From Candidatus Dojkabacteria bacterium HGW-Dojkabacteria-1 (GTDB lineage Bacteria; Patescibacteriota; Dojkabacteria; SC72): a DNA stretch of 64,000 bases. Location: contig PHAO01000001.1 of the NCBI GenBank assembly GCA_002840365.1, positions 367,514 to 431,513 of the forward strand, read 5' to 3'. The first letter of the stretch is position 1. Each line of letters opens with the position of its first letter. Below the pieces are notes generated by a model, which was not told where the DNA came from, did not search any database, and was given only the letters and a program-made list of their open reading frames with translations. Below, in pieces: positions 10,442 through 21,397 of this stretch. Made by a program: the position numbers and the translations under genes.

Positions 10442-10854
10442 TGTAATATTTTGTTTATAGCCATTTTATATACCTTATATGCTTGTTGTGCTTCATCATA
10501 TCCTATATCTTCATCTTTGTGTACTATGTTATTTCTTAATTTATGTGCATCCCAAAGATTCTGATATGTATCTTTTCTAAAAAGATTTTTAGCCATTTTA
10601 AGATTATCACCACAGCTTTTTTCATTCCTATATCTTACTTGTAGTGCTTTACTTAAAAGATTGTCTAATTTAATAATGGCATCTCTTCTAGCATAGACAT
10701 CTTCACTTTGTACTTGTAGTCTAATCTCCTCCAATCTCTCATATATTTTTTCCTTTTTCTTCTGAGGTACTCTTCTGCTGTTTATTCTTGCCATTACGAA
10801 GAGTATGGCAATGAGAATTAGTATTGAGATTGTTAAAAGTATTGTATTATCCAT
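10438..10854 (-). CDS. Membrane-anchored hypothetical protein
   Basis: N-terminal TM; LWDAHKLRNNIVH (RNxxxH) motif; overlaps its neighbours in an operon. Confidence 0.7.
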   Translation of the reverse strand: MDNTILLTISILILIAILFVMARINSRRVPQKKKEKIYERLEEIRLQVQSEDVYARRDAIIKLDNLLSKALQVRYRNEKSCGDNLKMAKNLFRKDTYQNLWDAHKLRNNIVHKDEDIGYDEAQQAYKVYKMAINKILQ

Positions 10855-12736
10855 TTTTGTTTAGCAATTTTTTTGTTAAGAAATATAAAGGTATTGCAAT
10901 AACAATATATAAAAGAATAGACATTAACTTTGAAAGAATTTTAATAGGTAAGTTGTTTTCTAAGTACTCAATACTAGTTTCTGCATATTCTCCTTCTATT
11001 TCTTGTGTACCGCTATATCCTCTTAAAACTACATACATAGGAGATTCTATCTTGAGAGAGGGAATGTTGAATTTAATATCTACAGTATCTTCTGGAAGTA
11101 AAAGTGTTGTACTGTTGTTTTCAATGTAATCTGTGTATTTTGAAATATCTGGATTAGATTTTACAATTTCTAATCTATCAATTACTGTATTTCCAAGATT
11201 TTTTACTTTTACAGACCCTTGTAGATGAGAATCAATGAATTTATATGGTTGAAGATATATCTGTGTACTTAATTCATATTTCTTTTCAATAGTTTCATTG
11301 TTTAAAGAGATTTTGAAATCATTTTCAGAAAAATATGATAGCTTTGGGTTATTGGGATTATCATATCTATACAAAAGAGTTACATGATCATACAATTCTC
11401 TTCCCCAAAGAGAGGTATTGGAATAGTCCTCTAAGAAAGGATCTACCTGTATCCAATCTTTTTTCTCAATATCAAAGTATTCAGCCCAGTAATGATACAT
11501 TCCATCTGGATGATAATCAGAGATATTTGTAACATACCCTATTACTAATCTCGCTGGAATTTTAAATTTTCTATATATTGCGATAATGGCATCCGCATAA
11601 TCTTCGCTTGTAGATTGTGCTTGTTCAGAGAGAGCTCTTTCTCCTCCTAGGCGTGCTGAACCTGCAAGTGAACCTATTGTTAATGTATTAGGTTCTAAGT
11701 TATCTATTACAAATTGATAAAGGGCTCTATACAAAATTTCTTGCTGAGACTGATCTTTCATGTCATATACATCATCTATTGTACTTTCTTTTGTATTGAG
11801 ATTCTCTTTTATAAATTTCTGAATTCTTTTTTCTAAATCTGTATTCTTAATTTCCCAAAGAGATCTGTTTTCAATATTAGGAGTAGATATTTTAGTATAT
11901 ATCGTCTTATCCATTTCGATATTTCCTTTTATAGAGACTTCAATATTGCTTTGAGGAGCTATTTCATATTGAAGAATATAGTTACCATTTATATCTTTAT
12001 AGCTTTTATTAGGTTTTGGTGTTATTTCAGTTAAAGAAATTTTTTGTGTATTTGTATTTGGTGGAATATTGATTTCTGAAGAAATCATCTCTTCTGTACT
12101 GTTTATTAGATTTCTACTTATACTAAAGCTATATGAGATTTTCTTTCCAAGAGAGATATTTACCTTTAAACTTTGTGGCGGAGCTGTTTCAATTTCTAAA
12201 TTTTCTCCTTTCTGGGTTATCTTTGTTACAGGGCTTGATGACCATGATATTTCTCCAAAACTTTTAGGATATGTAAAGCTAAAGCTTCTGGAAGAAGTAT
12301 CTTTGATAGAAGAAATTAGAGAGAGATTATCACTGCTGTATGGAGTTTGGAATACTAATTTTAAGGTTACTGGATTCTCTTGTGATACCACAGTATTTTT
12401 TAAATCAATTACCATATCTGTAGCGTCTTTTCTGTTGTAATATGTAGGTTCTAATTTTATATTTTTGTTAATTGAATATACTTCTGGTCTAAGATTTTCT
12501 TGTGGGATTGTAATTGTATAGAAGGTAATTACTCTTGGGTTAGAAACCGTGGTTATTGTTACATATATTGTTGAAGAAATTGTTTCTCCATCCCAAACAT
12601 GGTTAAAGTCGGATTTGATATCAAATCCATCAAGTGCTTGAGCTTTGTTATTTAATGGAAATTGAAAAATTGCAAATGCAAAGACAATGCTAAATATCAA
12701 CAGAATCCTCTTTAAATATCCATTCAAATTTTTCAT
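10847..12736 (-). CDS. Transglutaminase-like domain surface protein (catalytic Cys apparently replaced)
   Basis: Signal peptide, IPARLVIGY, HYWAEYF, WIQVDP, C-terminal TM. STSEDYA occupies the usual G-x-C-x-D-Y/F-A position. Confidence 0.8.
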   Translation of the reverse strand: MKNLNGYLKRILLIFSIVFAFAIFQFPLNNKAQALDGFDIKSDFNHVWDGETISSTIYVTITTVSNPRVITFYTITIPQENLRPEVYSINKNIKLEPTYYNRKDATDMVIDLKNTVVSQENPVTLKLVFQTPYSSDNLSLISSIKDTSSRSFSFTYPKSFGEISWSSSPVTKITQKGENLEIETAPPQSLKVNISLGKKISYSFSISRNLINSTEEMISSEINIPPNTNTQKISLTEITPKPNKSYKDINGNYILQYEIAPQSNIEVSIKGNIEMDKTIYTKISTPNIENRSLWEIKNTDLEKRIQKFIKENLNTKESTIDDVYDMKDQSQQEILYRALYQFVIDNLEPNTLTIGSLAGSARLGGERALSEQAQSTSEDYADAIIAIYRKFKIPARLVIGYVTNISDYHPDGMYHYWAEYFDIEKKDWIQVDPFLEDYSNTSLWGRELYDHVTLLYRYDNPNNPKLSYFSENDFKISLNNETIEKKYELSTQIYLQPYKFIDSHLQGSVKVKNLGNTVIDRLEIVKSNPDISKYTDYIENNSTTLLLPEDTVDIKFNIPSLKIESPMYVVLRGYSGTQEIEGEYAETSIEYLENNLPIKILSKLMSILLYIVIAIPLYFLTKKLLNKNG

Positions 12737-13424
12737 ATTTTCTCATTACTTGCTTTACAATTGGTGTTTTTGCAGTAATACCATACTTAGAGAGAATACT
12801 ATCCCATTCAACTTTTTCTGGCTCATTTACTATCTTGTAATCTGGATTTCTAACAATTTCCTGTTTTGCATTCTTTCTAATAATATAATAGGCCATTCCC
12901 CCTTTATCATCAAGAACTATTCGAGGAGAATATTCCCTATCATGTATTTCTAAGACAATTAGGTTTGATGTTTGTCTTGAATTAACAATTGCGCATGTAT
13001 ATCCAGCTGGAACAATAATTTTTTGTCCTTTTCTAATTTGTGTTTTAACAACTTTGTTCTTAATAGGGGAATCATACTTTTGTAAGAGTACTGTACCACC
13101 TCCATATATTATCTCTAATATTCTTGGTCTTTTAGAACACCTTGTTGCAAAAGTTTTTGTATATTCTATACCAGCGAGATTAGGAAAAATGAGATATATA
13201 TTTATTCTAAGATTTTGATTTTTAAATACATCATCCTTATCAATATCTTTATACTTTTTATAAAAGATTTCAGGACAATTTAACTCTTCATTAAGAAGCT
13301 GGGAACGGATATCATCTATACAAATAGTAGAAGTACCATTTATAGTTAATCCTTGGGGCTGTAAATCTTCTCCACTGTAAAAAATTGGCAATCCAGAGGA
13401 TTGCTTAAGATCAATTCTCGCCAT
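12690..13424 (-). CDS. Cupin (archaeal-type) glucose-6-phosphate isomerase-like protein, degenerate
   Basis: P...G.EY.KT, G.G..LLQ, IVPAGY...VN, KGGMAYY, NPDY pattern; metal-binding His residues not visible. Confidence 0.65.
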   Translation of the reverse strand: MARIDLKQSSGLPIFYSGEDLQPQGLTINGTSTICIDDIRSQLLNEELNCPEIFYKKYKDIDKDDVFKNQNLRINIYLIFPNLAGIEYTKTFATRCSKRPRILEIIYGGGTVLLQKYDSPIKNKVVKTQIRKGQKIIVPAGYTCAIVNSRQTSNLIVLEIHDREYSPRIVLDDKGGMAYYIIRKNAKQEIVRNPDYKIVNEPEKVEWDSILSKYGITAKTPIVKQVMRKYEKFEWIFKEDSVDI

Positions 13425-13450
13425 ATATCTGTATTATACCACATCCGTGA

Positions 13451-13741
13451 TTAATTGGCTTGCCTAAAGGCTTTTGATAATTCTACAAATACAAATCCTA
13501 AAATTGCGTAAAAAAGTAAGGCGATAATAGGGGTTAATTCCAAAGTAAATCTGTCTATTAACATCTCATCTGCCACGATACCTTTAAATGGTTCTATAAA
13601 AGTTTCTGTCATGTTGTATATCCAACTTACAATGCTATTTGTAGAATCCGCATTTATTACCTTCAAAATGATTCTAAACACAATTAGTGTTTGAAGAAAG
13701 GTTGTCAGTGTGTAAAGTATTCTGAATATTAGTGAAATCAT
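13451..13741 (-). CDS. YggT family membrane protein
   Basis: Two TM segments, N.IV.WIY..TE.FI.PF.GI, LTPIIAL. Confidence 0.85.
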   Translation of the reverse strand: MISLIFRILYTLTTFLQTLIVFRIILKVINADSTNSIVSWIYNMTETFIEPFKGIVADEMLIDRFTLELTPIIALLFYAILGFVFVELSKAFRQAN

Positions 13742-13752
13742 ATTATCTTTTA

Positions 13753-14487
13753 TTAAAATCTATCTAAATTGTCAACATAGTAATCAAGCTCTCTCATATA
13801 TCGAGAAACTCCATTTGCCCATAAATGTGCAGGATTTTGACCACATGGGGGACAGTATGTTCCTTCAATTTGGAATGGAGTCAAGTGTGTACCGTATCCA
13901 AGAGCTAGTCCTCTAGTAACTACTGCTACTCCATGACCCCATGTATCGAATTGACTCCATCCTTGTGCTGTAGGATTTGCTCCTCTCCATCCCCATGCAT
14001 TGTTTGTTCCTCTGGGTATAATGTTTCCGAAAGCAGATTCTACACCAGATATTGAAGCTACAAGCCTCCAATCTAATCCATATTTGTCTGCTTCCTCAAT
14101 AAAAGTTTTTGCGAATGGATACATTGGAGAGTTGTATGCAAGTAGAAATTTTTGCATAGCAATGACTCTTGGGTCTTCTGTTCTAATTTCTGTCCTACTG
14201 TTTACTTTTTTAAGTAAATCTGTTGTTGAGAGGGTATTTATCTTGTAATCATGCGTATATATTTCACTGTTGTTCAGGGGTGTTAAATAATTAAGGGTTA
14301 TTTCTCTACTAGCCCTTATCTCTCCTAATGCTACTTCTGAGAAAAAAGCTTCAATTTTGGGAGAGAGAAATATCATATATAGCACAAAAAAGAATAAGAG
14401 GAGAAAGAATGGATAGAATTTTTTGCCTAAAAAAAGACCTCTTTTACTTGATTTGTTGGTTATACTTGAAAACGATAGGTTATCCAT
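13753..14487 (-). CDS. Membrane-anchored lysozyme/glucosaminidase-like protein
   Basis: ADKYGLDWRLVASISGVESAFG, NNAWGW, YCPP. Confidence 0.7.
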   Translation of the reverse strand: MDNLSFSSITNKSSKRGLFLGKKFYPFFLLLFFFVLYMIFLSPKIEAFFSEVALGEIRASREITLNYLTPLNNSEIYTHDYKINTLSTTDLLKKVNSRTEIRTEDPRVIAMQKFLLAYNSPMYPFAKTFIEEADKYGLDWRLVASISGVESAFGNIIPRGTNNAWGWRGANPTAQGWSQFDTWGHGVAVVTRGLALGYGTHLTPFQIEGTYCPPCGQNPAHLWANGVSRYMRELDYYVDNLDRF

Positions 14488-14527
14488 ATTAATCTAGTAT
14501 ATCAGAACTAGATGAGCTATTGAATTT

Positions 14528-17500
14528 ATGTTTACACATTTGCATCTGCACTCAGAGTATTCTCTGTTGGACGCAACAATTCGTTTACCCGACCTTGTAC
14601 AAAAGCTTTCTGAAAGTGGAATGAAGGCTTGTGCATTAACTGATCATGGAAATATGTATGGTACATTGAAGTTTAAGAGTGCGATGATAGAGGCTGGTTT
14701 GAAACCTATACTTGGATGTGAAATATATATCGCACCAAGAGCAATGCACGAAAAGGACTTTGGAATAGACAACAAGTACAATCACATGGTCTTGCTTGCG
14801 AAGAATCAACAGGGATACAAAAATTTGATAAAGATTGTCTCTATAGCTCATATGGAGGGTTTCTATTATAAACCGCGTATAGATTTTGAAACATTAGCAA
14901 AATACTCTTCAGGATTAATTGCTCTTTCAGGATGTTTAGCAGGCCCTGTTGCCAAACCAATCTTACAAGGTAACTATGATGCAGCAGTAGAGGCTGCAAA
15001 AAAATATTCCAAACTATTCAAAGACAACTTCTATATAGAAATTCAAAGAAATGGAATGGAAGAGCAAAATACTGCCAATGAATCATTAATTAAAATTGCA
15101 AGAGAGCTCTCTTTACCGCTAGTTGCAACATGTGATTCTCACTATTTAAACAAAGAAGATGCATATATTCAGGAAATACTATGGTGTATCGGAGATGGTA
15201 AGTCATGGGAAGATCCCTCTAGGAGAAAAATGGAAACAAACGAATTCTATGTTAAGACCCCCGAGGAAATGAAAGAGCTTTTTAAAGATATTCCTGAAGC
15301 TATAGAAAATACTCAAAAAATTACTGAACAAATTGAAATATTTGATATTACTTTTGGAAGAATAGAGCCACACTTTCTTGATTTACCAGAGGGAGAAAAA
15401 TCTTCTTCATATTTAAAAAAATTAACACTTGATGGGGCAAAGAGGAAATACGGGAAAATTTCGAAAGATTTGAAAGAAAGAATTGAGTATGAGCTTAAAA
15501 TTATTGATGACAAAGGTTACAATGATTACTTCTTAGTGGTTCGTGATTTTGTTTTGTTTTGTAGAAAAAACGGAATTGTTGTTGGTATGAGAGGCTCCGG
15601 ATGTGGTTCTGTTGTAGCATATTGTGTTGAAATTACAAATATTGAACCCATTGGTTGGGAGTTGTATTTTGAAAGATTCCTTAATCCTGAAAGAGATTCT
15701 CCTCCGGATTTTGATATCGATATTGCAGATAAAAGAAGAGATGAGGTTATCAATTATACTATCGAAAAATATGGAATTGATAATGTAAAACAGATAGGAA
15801 CATTTAGTAAGTTACAAACTAGACAGGCTATAAAAGATGTAGGTAGAGTTTTAGGTATCGAGTTAGCAGTAACAGATAAATTAGCAAAGATGGTTGAGAT
15901 AGTTTTTGGTAAATCCAAAGATATCGACTATATGATTGAACATAATCCAGAGTTTGCAGAGATTATTAATTCTTCTGAAAAAACTTTAGAACTAGCAAAA
16001 ATCGTTAGGAAAGTATCAGGTATATGTAGGGGTACTTCTACACATGCTTGTGGTGTTATTGTTACACCTGAACCAGTCGTAAACTACTGTCCAATACAAA
16101 GAGATTCCCATGGTGGTGGTATAGGAATGACACAATTTGAAATGTCAGATATTGAATATGTTGGCTTAATGAAGTTTGATTTTCTTGGACTGAGAAATCT
16201 CAATGTGATAGGGGAAGCCGTAACAAAAATCAAAGTAAACAGACAAGAGGAGTTAGATTTGCTTGAACTAGATCCTCATGATAAACCAACGTATGAAGTA
16301 ATCAAAAAGGGTCATACGGTAGGAGTATTTCAAATGGAAAGTGAGGGTATGAAAAGAAGTATTCGTGCTCTTCAACCTGAGACTCAAGAAGATATCTGCT
16401 ATTTGCTTGCAGCGTATCGTCCTGGTCCTATGCAATATATCTCTGAATATGTTGCAGTAAAAAGAGGAGAGCAGGAACCTGACTATATATTTCCAGAATT
16501 AAAACCTGTTTTAGAGATTACCTATGGAGTTATTACTTACCAAGAACAGGTTATGAAAATTGCAGAGATAATTGCAGGATATAGTCTTGGAGCTGCAGAT
16601 TTACTTAGACGTGCAATGGGTAAGAAGAAAATGGAAATCATGGATAAAGAAAAACCTAAGTTCATTCAAGGAGCAAAAGAAAAAGGTTTTGATGAAAAGG
16701 AGACAGAAAGACTCTGGGAAAAGTTAATACAATTTGCAAACTATGGTTTTAACAAAGCACACAGTGCATCATATGCGACAATCTCATACTGGACAGCATA
16801 TCTAAAAGCCCACTATCCTCTTGAATTTATGGCAGCCCTTTTAGAAGGGGATTTAGATAACTTTGATAGGGTCATTATCGACCTAAATGAATGTGAAAGA
16901 CTGGGCATTGATGTTTTACCTCCAACTATAAACAAGAGTAAGGTATATTTCACCATTGAGGGAAATCATAGTATAAGATTTGGGTTAGGTGGAATAAAAA
17001 ATATAGGAGAAGATATTGTTGAAACCATTGTCAAAGAGAGAAAAGATAATGGAGAGTACAAGAATCTAGATGATTTTGTTGAAAGAACCGTAAAAAAGGG
17101 GATTCAAAAAAGAGCTATTGAATATTTAATCATGTCAGGAACAATGGACGAATTTGGTGAAAGAGGAGCTTTACTAGCAATACTACCAACAATATTTGAA
17201 AGGGCAAAGAAAAGTAATTCAGCAATGAATGTTGGTCAAATAGATATATTTTCGCTTTCCAATGGAACAGATGGTAACAGTAAACCAGAAGTTAATGCTA
17301 CACCACTACCTAATGTAGAAAAAACTCCGAAATTTCAGGTATTACAATGGGAGAAAGAACTCTTAGGTTTATATTTCTCCAGCCACCCATTAGATAATTT
17401 ACAGGATTTCTTCGAGTCAAAGAAAGTAATCTCAGTAAAGGATGCCTTAGAGAAAAAGAATCGTGCAGTCGTTATATTAGGCGTCATGGTAAACAAAATT

Positions 17501-17926
17501 CGAAGAATTACAACAAAGAAAGGCGAAATGATGGCATTTCTTACAGTTGAAGATAAATCTGGAACTGCGGATATAATAGCGTTTCCAAGGAACTACCAAG
17601 AGATAAAAGATGTACTCCAAGAAGGAAAACCAATTTTAATTGCAGGTAGTATTAATGTAAAGAATAATGAAAAAAGTATCGTAATGGAAAAAGCTAAATA
17701 CATAGATGAGTCACAACATGGTGATAATTTTGAAGGTGTAACATTTAGGATAAGACCAACGCACACAGAAGAACAAATTAAACAGCTTAAAGAGTATATA
17801 AGTAAGGCAAGTGGAGATGTTCCAGTAAAAATAATTGTGAATGAGAATGGTAAAGCTAAATCTGTAATTTTGGAAAAGACAATAAGTCTTGATAGTGAAA
17901 CAAAACGATGGTTAAGGAAATTCTGA
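14528..17926 (+). CDS. dnaE: DNA polymerase III alpha subunit
   Basis: PHP domain HLHLHSEYSLLD, TDH; FERFLNPER.SPPDFDID; YGFNKAHS; C-terminal OB fold. Confidence 0.97.
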   Translation: MFTHLHLHSEYSLLDATIRLPDLVQKLSESGMKACALTDHGNMYGTLKFKSAMIEAGLKPILGCEIYIAPRAMHEKDFGIDNKYNHMVLLAKNQQGYKNLIKIVSIAHMEGFYYKPRIDFETLAKYSSGLIALSGCLAGPVAKPILQGNYDAAVEAAKKYSKLFKDNFYIEIQRNGMEEQNTANESLIKIARELSLPLVATCDSHYLNKEDAYIQEILWCIGDGKSWEDPSRRKMETNEFYVKTPEEMKELFKDIPEAIENTQKITEQIEIFDITFGRIEPHFLDLPEGEKSSSYLKKLTLDGAKRKYGKISKDLKERIEYELKIIDDKGYNDYFLVVRDFVLFCRKNGIVVGMRGSGCGSVVAYCVEITNIEPIGWELYFERFLNPERDSPPDFDIDIADKRRDEVINYTIEKYGIDNVKQIGTFSKLQTRQAIKDVGRVLGIELAVTDKLAKMVEIVFGKSKDIDYMIEHNPEFAEIINSSEKTLELAKIVRKVSGICRGTSTHACGVIVTPEPVVNYCPIQRDSHGGGIGMTQFEMSDIEYVGLMKFDFLGLRNLNVIGEAVTKIKVNRQEELDLLELDPHDKPTYEVIKKGHTVGVFQMESEGMKRSIRALQPETQEDICYLLAAYRPGPMQYISEYVAVKRGEQEPDYIFPELKPVLEITYGVITYQEQVMKIAEIIAGYSLGAADLLRRAMGKKKMEIMDKEKPKFIQGAKEKGFDEKETERLWEKLIQFANYGFNKAHSASYATISYWTAYLKAHYPLEFMAALLEGDLDNFDRVIIDLNECERLGIDVLPPTINKSKVYFTIEGNHSIRFGLGGIKNIGEDIVETIVKERKDNGEYKNLDDFVERTVKKGIQKRAIEYLIMSGTMDEFGERGALLAILPTIFERAKKSNSAMNVGQIDIFSLSNGTDGNSKPEVNATPLPNVEKTPKFQVLQWEKELLGLYFSSHPLDNLQDFFESKKVISVKDALEKKNRAVVILGVMVNKIRRITTKKGEMMAFLTVEDKSGTADIIAFPRNYQEIKDVLQEGKPILIAGSINVKNNEKSIVMEKAKYIDESQHGDNFEGVTFRIRPTHTEEQIKQLKEYISKASGDVPVKIIVNENGKAKSVILEKTISLDSETKRWLRKF

Positions 17927-17939
17927 GGTATAATATCCC

Positions 17940-19415
17940 ATGAATGAAAAGGTAAGGATAAAGCTTGAGACTTTGCCAAATACTGTTGGCATATACAAGT
18001 TTTTAGATAAAGAAAAAAATGTATTGTATGTAGGTAAAGCTCTTAATTTAAAATCAAGAGTTTCTTCATACTTTAGGGATTCCTTAATGGATAGACCTAA
18101 GATACAACCAATGATTCCCTTAATAGATGATATTGTCGTTCAAGAAGCAAATAATGAGATTGAAGCCTTAATACTTGAATCTGCATTAATAAAGGAATTG
18201 TTACCTCCATTTAATTCAGACTTAAGAGATGATAAATCATATGCATGGATATATATCTCAACAAGAGAGGAATTTCCGACAGTAAAAATTGTAAGAAGCA
18301 TTAAAAAGGGAGAGTTTAAAAGAGGTCGTATGTTTGGTCCATATCCAAGTGGATATACCATAAAAAGAGTATATAGATATTTGAGAAGGATATATCCATT
18401 TTGTGTATGTAAGAACAAGGATTGTAAATCTTCACTAGATTATCACATTGGCCTTTGCCCAGGTCCATATGCCAACTCTATTTCAAAAGAAGAGTACAGA
18501 AAAAACATTAACAACATTATTAAGTTTCTCAATGGTAAACAGAGTAATCATATTAAAAGATTAGAGAGAGAAATGATAATGTATTCAAAAAAACAAGAAT
18601 TTGAAAAAGCAGGACAACTAAGAGATAGGATTAATGATTTAAAATATGTAGGTGAGAGTATAGAATTTACATATTACGATGATGCATTCTCGTACCGAAG
18701 CAAGAGAGAGAAAGCCCGTAAGGCAAGTTCTTTGTCTTTAGAATTAGAACTCGGTATTAAAAATATTAAGAGAATTGAATGCTATGATATCTCTAATATG
18801 CAAGGTAAAAATGCATATGGTTCAATGGTAGTAGCACAGGAAGGAGAATTAAAAAGATCTGATTACAGAATCTTTAAGATTAAGGGAATTGATTCTCCTA
18901 ACGATCCTGGTATGTTAAAGGAGGTACTTTCAAGAAGATTTAAGAAAATTGAAAAAGGCGTAGATAGTAGTCTTTCTTCTAGACCAGATATTGTTTTAAT
19001 AGATGGTGCTTCTACACAAATCTCTACAGTTAAAGAAAGCGTCCCAGAAGGTATATTTGTAATGGGTATTTCAAAGGGTAAACATTTAAAAAGAAAAGGG
19101 GGATTAAAGGTAGATGAATTTTGGCTATTAAAAGATGGTGAAATATTACAAGCAAATATACAAAATTCAGAGATATTAATAGATTTGAGAAACGAAGCTC
19201 ATAGATTTGCAATATCTCATTACAGAAGAAAAAGTCTCCAAGAATCAAAAAAGTCTCTCTTAGACAATATCCCTGGAGTAGGAGAGAAACGAAAGAAAGA
19301 ACTTAAAAAGAGATTTGGAAGTATTCAAGATATTAAGAAAGCATCTATAGAAGAAATTGTAGATGTGGTTAAGAGTGAAAAAGTAGCAAAAGATATTAAA
19401 AATTCTCTTTCTTAA
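17940..19415 (+). CDS. uvrC: Excinuclease ABC subunit C
   Basis: GIY-YIG (LYVGKALNLKSRVSSYF), UVR domain, IECYDISN, RNEAHRFAI, HhH. Confidence 0.95.
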   Translation: MNEKVRIKLETLPNTVGIYKFLDKEKNVLYVGKALNLKSRVSSYFRDSLMDRPKIQPMIPLIDDIVVQEANNEIEALILESALIKELLPPFNSDLRDDKSYAWIYISTREEFPTVKIVRSIKKGEFKRGRMFGPYPSGYTIKRVYRYLRRIYPFCVCKNKDCKSSLDYHIGLCPGPYANSISKEEYRKNINNIIKFLNGKQSNHIKRLEREMIMYSKKQEFEKAGQLRDRINDLKYVGESIEFTYYDDAFSYRSKREKARKASSLSLELELGIKNIKRIECYDISNMQGKNAYGSMVVAQEGELKRSDYRIFKIKGIDSPNDPGMLKEVLSRRFKKIEKGVDSSLSSRPDIVLIDGASTQISTVKESVPEGIFVMGISKGKHLKRKGGLKVDEFWLLKDGEILQANIQNSEILIDLRNEAHRFAISHYRRKSLQESKKSLLDNIPGVGEKRKKELKKRFGSIQDIKKASIEEIVDVVKSEKVAKDIKNSLS

Positions 19416-20506
19416 TCCTTGCTTCCCATAGGTTTAATATTTTCCAAAATATATCCAAAAAGAGGATCGTTTTGTTTAGTTGAAGACATTACATAAACAA
19501 TTCCATTAAAGCTATTTGGTAACATTATAATTTCCATATTTTTATCATTTGAAACAATATTCCCTCGTAAGGAGAGATAATCTCTAAAACCTGTTGGGAT
19601 AGTATTCATAACAGAATATTTAATTTCTTCTGTACTTTTAATTTTACAGTAATCATTAAGCATAAAATCTAACTCTTTGGAACCTATTTTACTTAATGGA
19701 TATATTTCAATAATATCGTTACTTCCTAATTTTTGAAATGAAACGGCTCTTAAATCTTTGTTATCTGTAGCTGAATATTTGATAATATACTCCTTTGGTA
19801 TTTGTATTTTCCAAGGGTAGTCTGGTAACAAATCTTGTTTTTCACTACTTGCCATTAACATTTCTCTTTCTATTTCATCTTGTACCCTATTAGCAAGTGC
19901 TGTTTTAGCTTCTTCTTCTGTAATAGTTTCGTACCAAATATCCTTAAATTTTGAATATATCCTCAACCCTTTTCCATCTTTAACCCAGTATTGACCATAT
20001 TTCTTGTCTTCTGTTCCAAGGGGTATTTCTGCGACTAATTCCCAACCTTTACCTGAAAGTATTTCTTTGTAATATTCTTCAATATCTTCAATACTTGCTC
20101 TTACAAGTAACCTATATGCGGAATTACCTCCAGACAAAAATTCTTTTACTACAGAATCTTCAAGATTGTTTTTAAAGATGAACTCTGTACCTGGATACTC
20201 TGGTATATTTTCTAATCCAACAACATCTCCAACAATGTAGTTTTCCTCATTTACAGCGCTACTTCTCATAAAGGTTACATATCTAATAGAAATGTAAACA
20301 AAACCTAAGAAAAGTATTGCTAATACAGGAAGGACTAAAATCTTTAAATTGATTTGTACTTTTCTTCTGTTTCCATATTTATTCTTTTCAAAAAGTTTTG
20401 GGAATTGAAATTTCCGTTTTCTCTTAACAATCTGAGGACGATTGTTTTTTATTTTGGGCATTATTACTGGACTGGCAGATTTTTTCTTACCCTTTATAAG
20501 TTTCAT
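19412..20506 (-). CDS. Hypothetical single-pass membrane protein
   Basis: Basic N-terminus, one TM, 364-aa ORF. Confidence 0.7.
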   Translation of the reverse strand: MKLIKGKKKSASPVIMPKIKNNRPQIVKRKRKFQFPKLFEKNKYGNRRKVQINLKILVLPVLAILFLGFVYISIRYVTFMRSSAVNEENYIVGDVVGLENIPEYPGTEFIFKNNLEDSVVKEFLSGGNSAYRLLVRASIEDIEEYYKEILSGKGWELVAEIPLGTEDKKYGQYWVKDGKGLRIYSKFKDIWYETITEEEAKTALANRVQDEIEREMLMASSEKQDLLPDYPWKIQIPKEYIIKYSATDNKDLRAVSFQKLGSNDIIEIYPLSKIGSKELDFMLNDYCKIKSTEEIKYSVMNTIPTGFRDYLSLRGNIVSNDKNMEIIMLPNSFNGIVYVMSSTKQNDPLFGYILENIKPMGSKD

Positions 20507-20575
20507 TTTAATAGGTTACTGTGAATATACAAAGATTTCAATTATTATATTTCGTGTAGTATAATATTGTGCTTT

Positions 20576-20646
20576 TGCGGGATCGTCTAATGGTAGGACA
20601 CCGGCCTTTGAAGCCGTGAATCATAGTTCGAGTCTATGTCCCGCAA
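20576..20646 (+). tRNA. tRNA-Gln(TTG)
   Basis: Acceptor TGCGGGA/TCCCGCA (U1-A72); anticodon loop CT TTG AA; GTTCGAGTC T-loop; CCA not encoded. Confidence 0.93.
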
Positions 20647-20647
20647 G

Positions 20648-21397
20648 TTATTTTCTGTATCTATGTGCAATCTCTATCCTTCTTCTTAGAAATTCATTTT
20701 TATCTAAAAAGGCAATAGATATTTCACTTCCTTTCTTTAGAACAAGCTCTAAACCTTCATCTAATATCTCAGATTCCACATTTGTTAAGTAGATTCTTGC
20801 CCCATTACTTTTTATTCTTACTTCTTCAAATGGAACTATATCATTTAAGAACCTATTGCATACAACACCAGTTATAGAGAGTAAACATGAATCTAATGGC
20901 AAAATTCTGCCATTATTATTGTAATTGAATGCTGTAGAGCCTATTGTAGTACTTACACATATTCCAGAACCCTTAACTTCAAATTCTTGAAAATCACCAG
21001 TAGATGTGGAGAGGGAGAATGTATGATATCCAGTTAATTTATCTCCTAATATTACATCATTTACGGCTTCTCCAAGTTTCTTACCATCAAGGAATGCCCT
21101 TATTGCATGAGTTTTGAATATATCTATCTTTACCCTATCATTAAGTAAATCATTAATAAATTTCTCGTCATCATCAATTTTGTTCATTAAGAAATTGAAT
21201 GTTCCTAAAGCTTTACCAATGTATGGTATTTGTGAATCTATTGTGTCATGTATTGCTCCTAACATAGCGCCATCTCCTCCAGCAACTAAATATATTTGTG
21301 GATTTTTTTCATCTAAAAGAGTAGGGAATTTTGATTCAATCAAAGTATTAAAATCTTTTACTCTTTTGTCTTTATTTTGTAAGTATCTAATTCTCAC
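20648..21397 (-). CDS. NAD(+) kinase
   Basis: GGDG, GTFNFL, AVND, ST.IGSTAFN. Confidence 0.88.
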   Translation of the reverse strand: MRIRYLQNKDKRVKDFNTLIESKFPTLLDEKNPQIYLVAGGDGAMLGAIHDTIDSQIPYIGKALGTFNFLMNKIDDDEKFINDLLNDRVKIDIFKTHAIRAFLDGKKLGEAVNDVILGDKLTGYHTFSLSTSTGDFQEFEVKGSGICVSTTIGSTAFNYNNNGRILPLDSCLLSITGVVCNRFLNDIVPFEEVRIKSNGARIYLTNVESEILDEGLELVLKKGSEISIAFLDKNEFLRRRIEIAHRYRK

